From Octopus vulgaris (lineage: Eukaryota), in assembly GCA_951406725.2 (NCBI GenBank), contig OX597816.1, positions 7,936,001 through 8,000,000 on the forward strand: a DNA stretch of 64,000 bases. The letters are read 5' to 3'. The notes below the pieces were generated by a model. It was given only the letters and a program-made list of their open reading frames with translations, made no database searches and was not told where the DNA came from. Position 1 is the stretch's first letter, and every line of letters starts with the position of its first letter. This document shows, piece after piece, positions 63,944 to 64,000 of the stretch. The position numbers were made by a program, and so were the translations under genes.

Positions 63944-64000
63944 TTGGCTTTTGTTGACATGGAGAAAGCCTTTGACAGGACCTCCCACCTCCTTATCTGG
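63944..64000 (+). mobile_element. RTE RT fragment running off the window
   Basis: LAFVDMEKAFDR..LIW, matching the RT at 48280-48340. Confidence 0.7.

Overview
Eukaryotic, AT-rich, repeat-dense genomic DNA. The SINE/LINE families and microsatellite load suggest an octopus (cephalopod) genome, which is an inference. Two convergent intron-rich genes are present. On +, 14 coding exons of sorting nexin-17 (SNX17; PX end, FERM-like domain, C-terminal ...FEEIGDDDL*) span 7253-43112, and the first exons lie outside the window. On -, the last three coding exons of the RBR E3 ligase RNF217 (RING2, TM helix, long acidic tail) span 61699-57460. The rest is transposon-derived: a decayed mariner, a young near-intact RTE LINE with a PHD-like finger whose 3' UTR is the source of the window's commonest repeat, CR1 and Penelope (PLE) RT fragments, tRNA-derived SINEs, Helitron fragments, and hAT/piggyBac/Tc1 MITEs. 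Most notable: (i) a TSD-bounded non-autonomous element made of a tRNA-like Pol III head plus inverted Penelope-type arms carrying minimal hammerhead ribozymes; (ii) a second such family whose hammerhead appears to have a swapped G3-C8 core pair; (iii) further hammerhead-like motifs in microsatellites; (iv) an inverted near-identical copy of the RNF217 TM exon just downstream of SNX17; (v) candidate microexons in the long last-but-one SNX17 intron. Coordinates were read by eye, and repeat boundaries are approximate.
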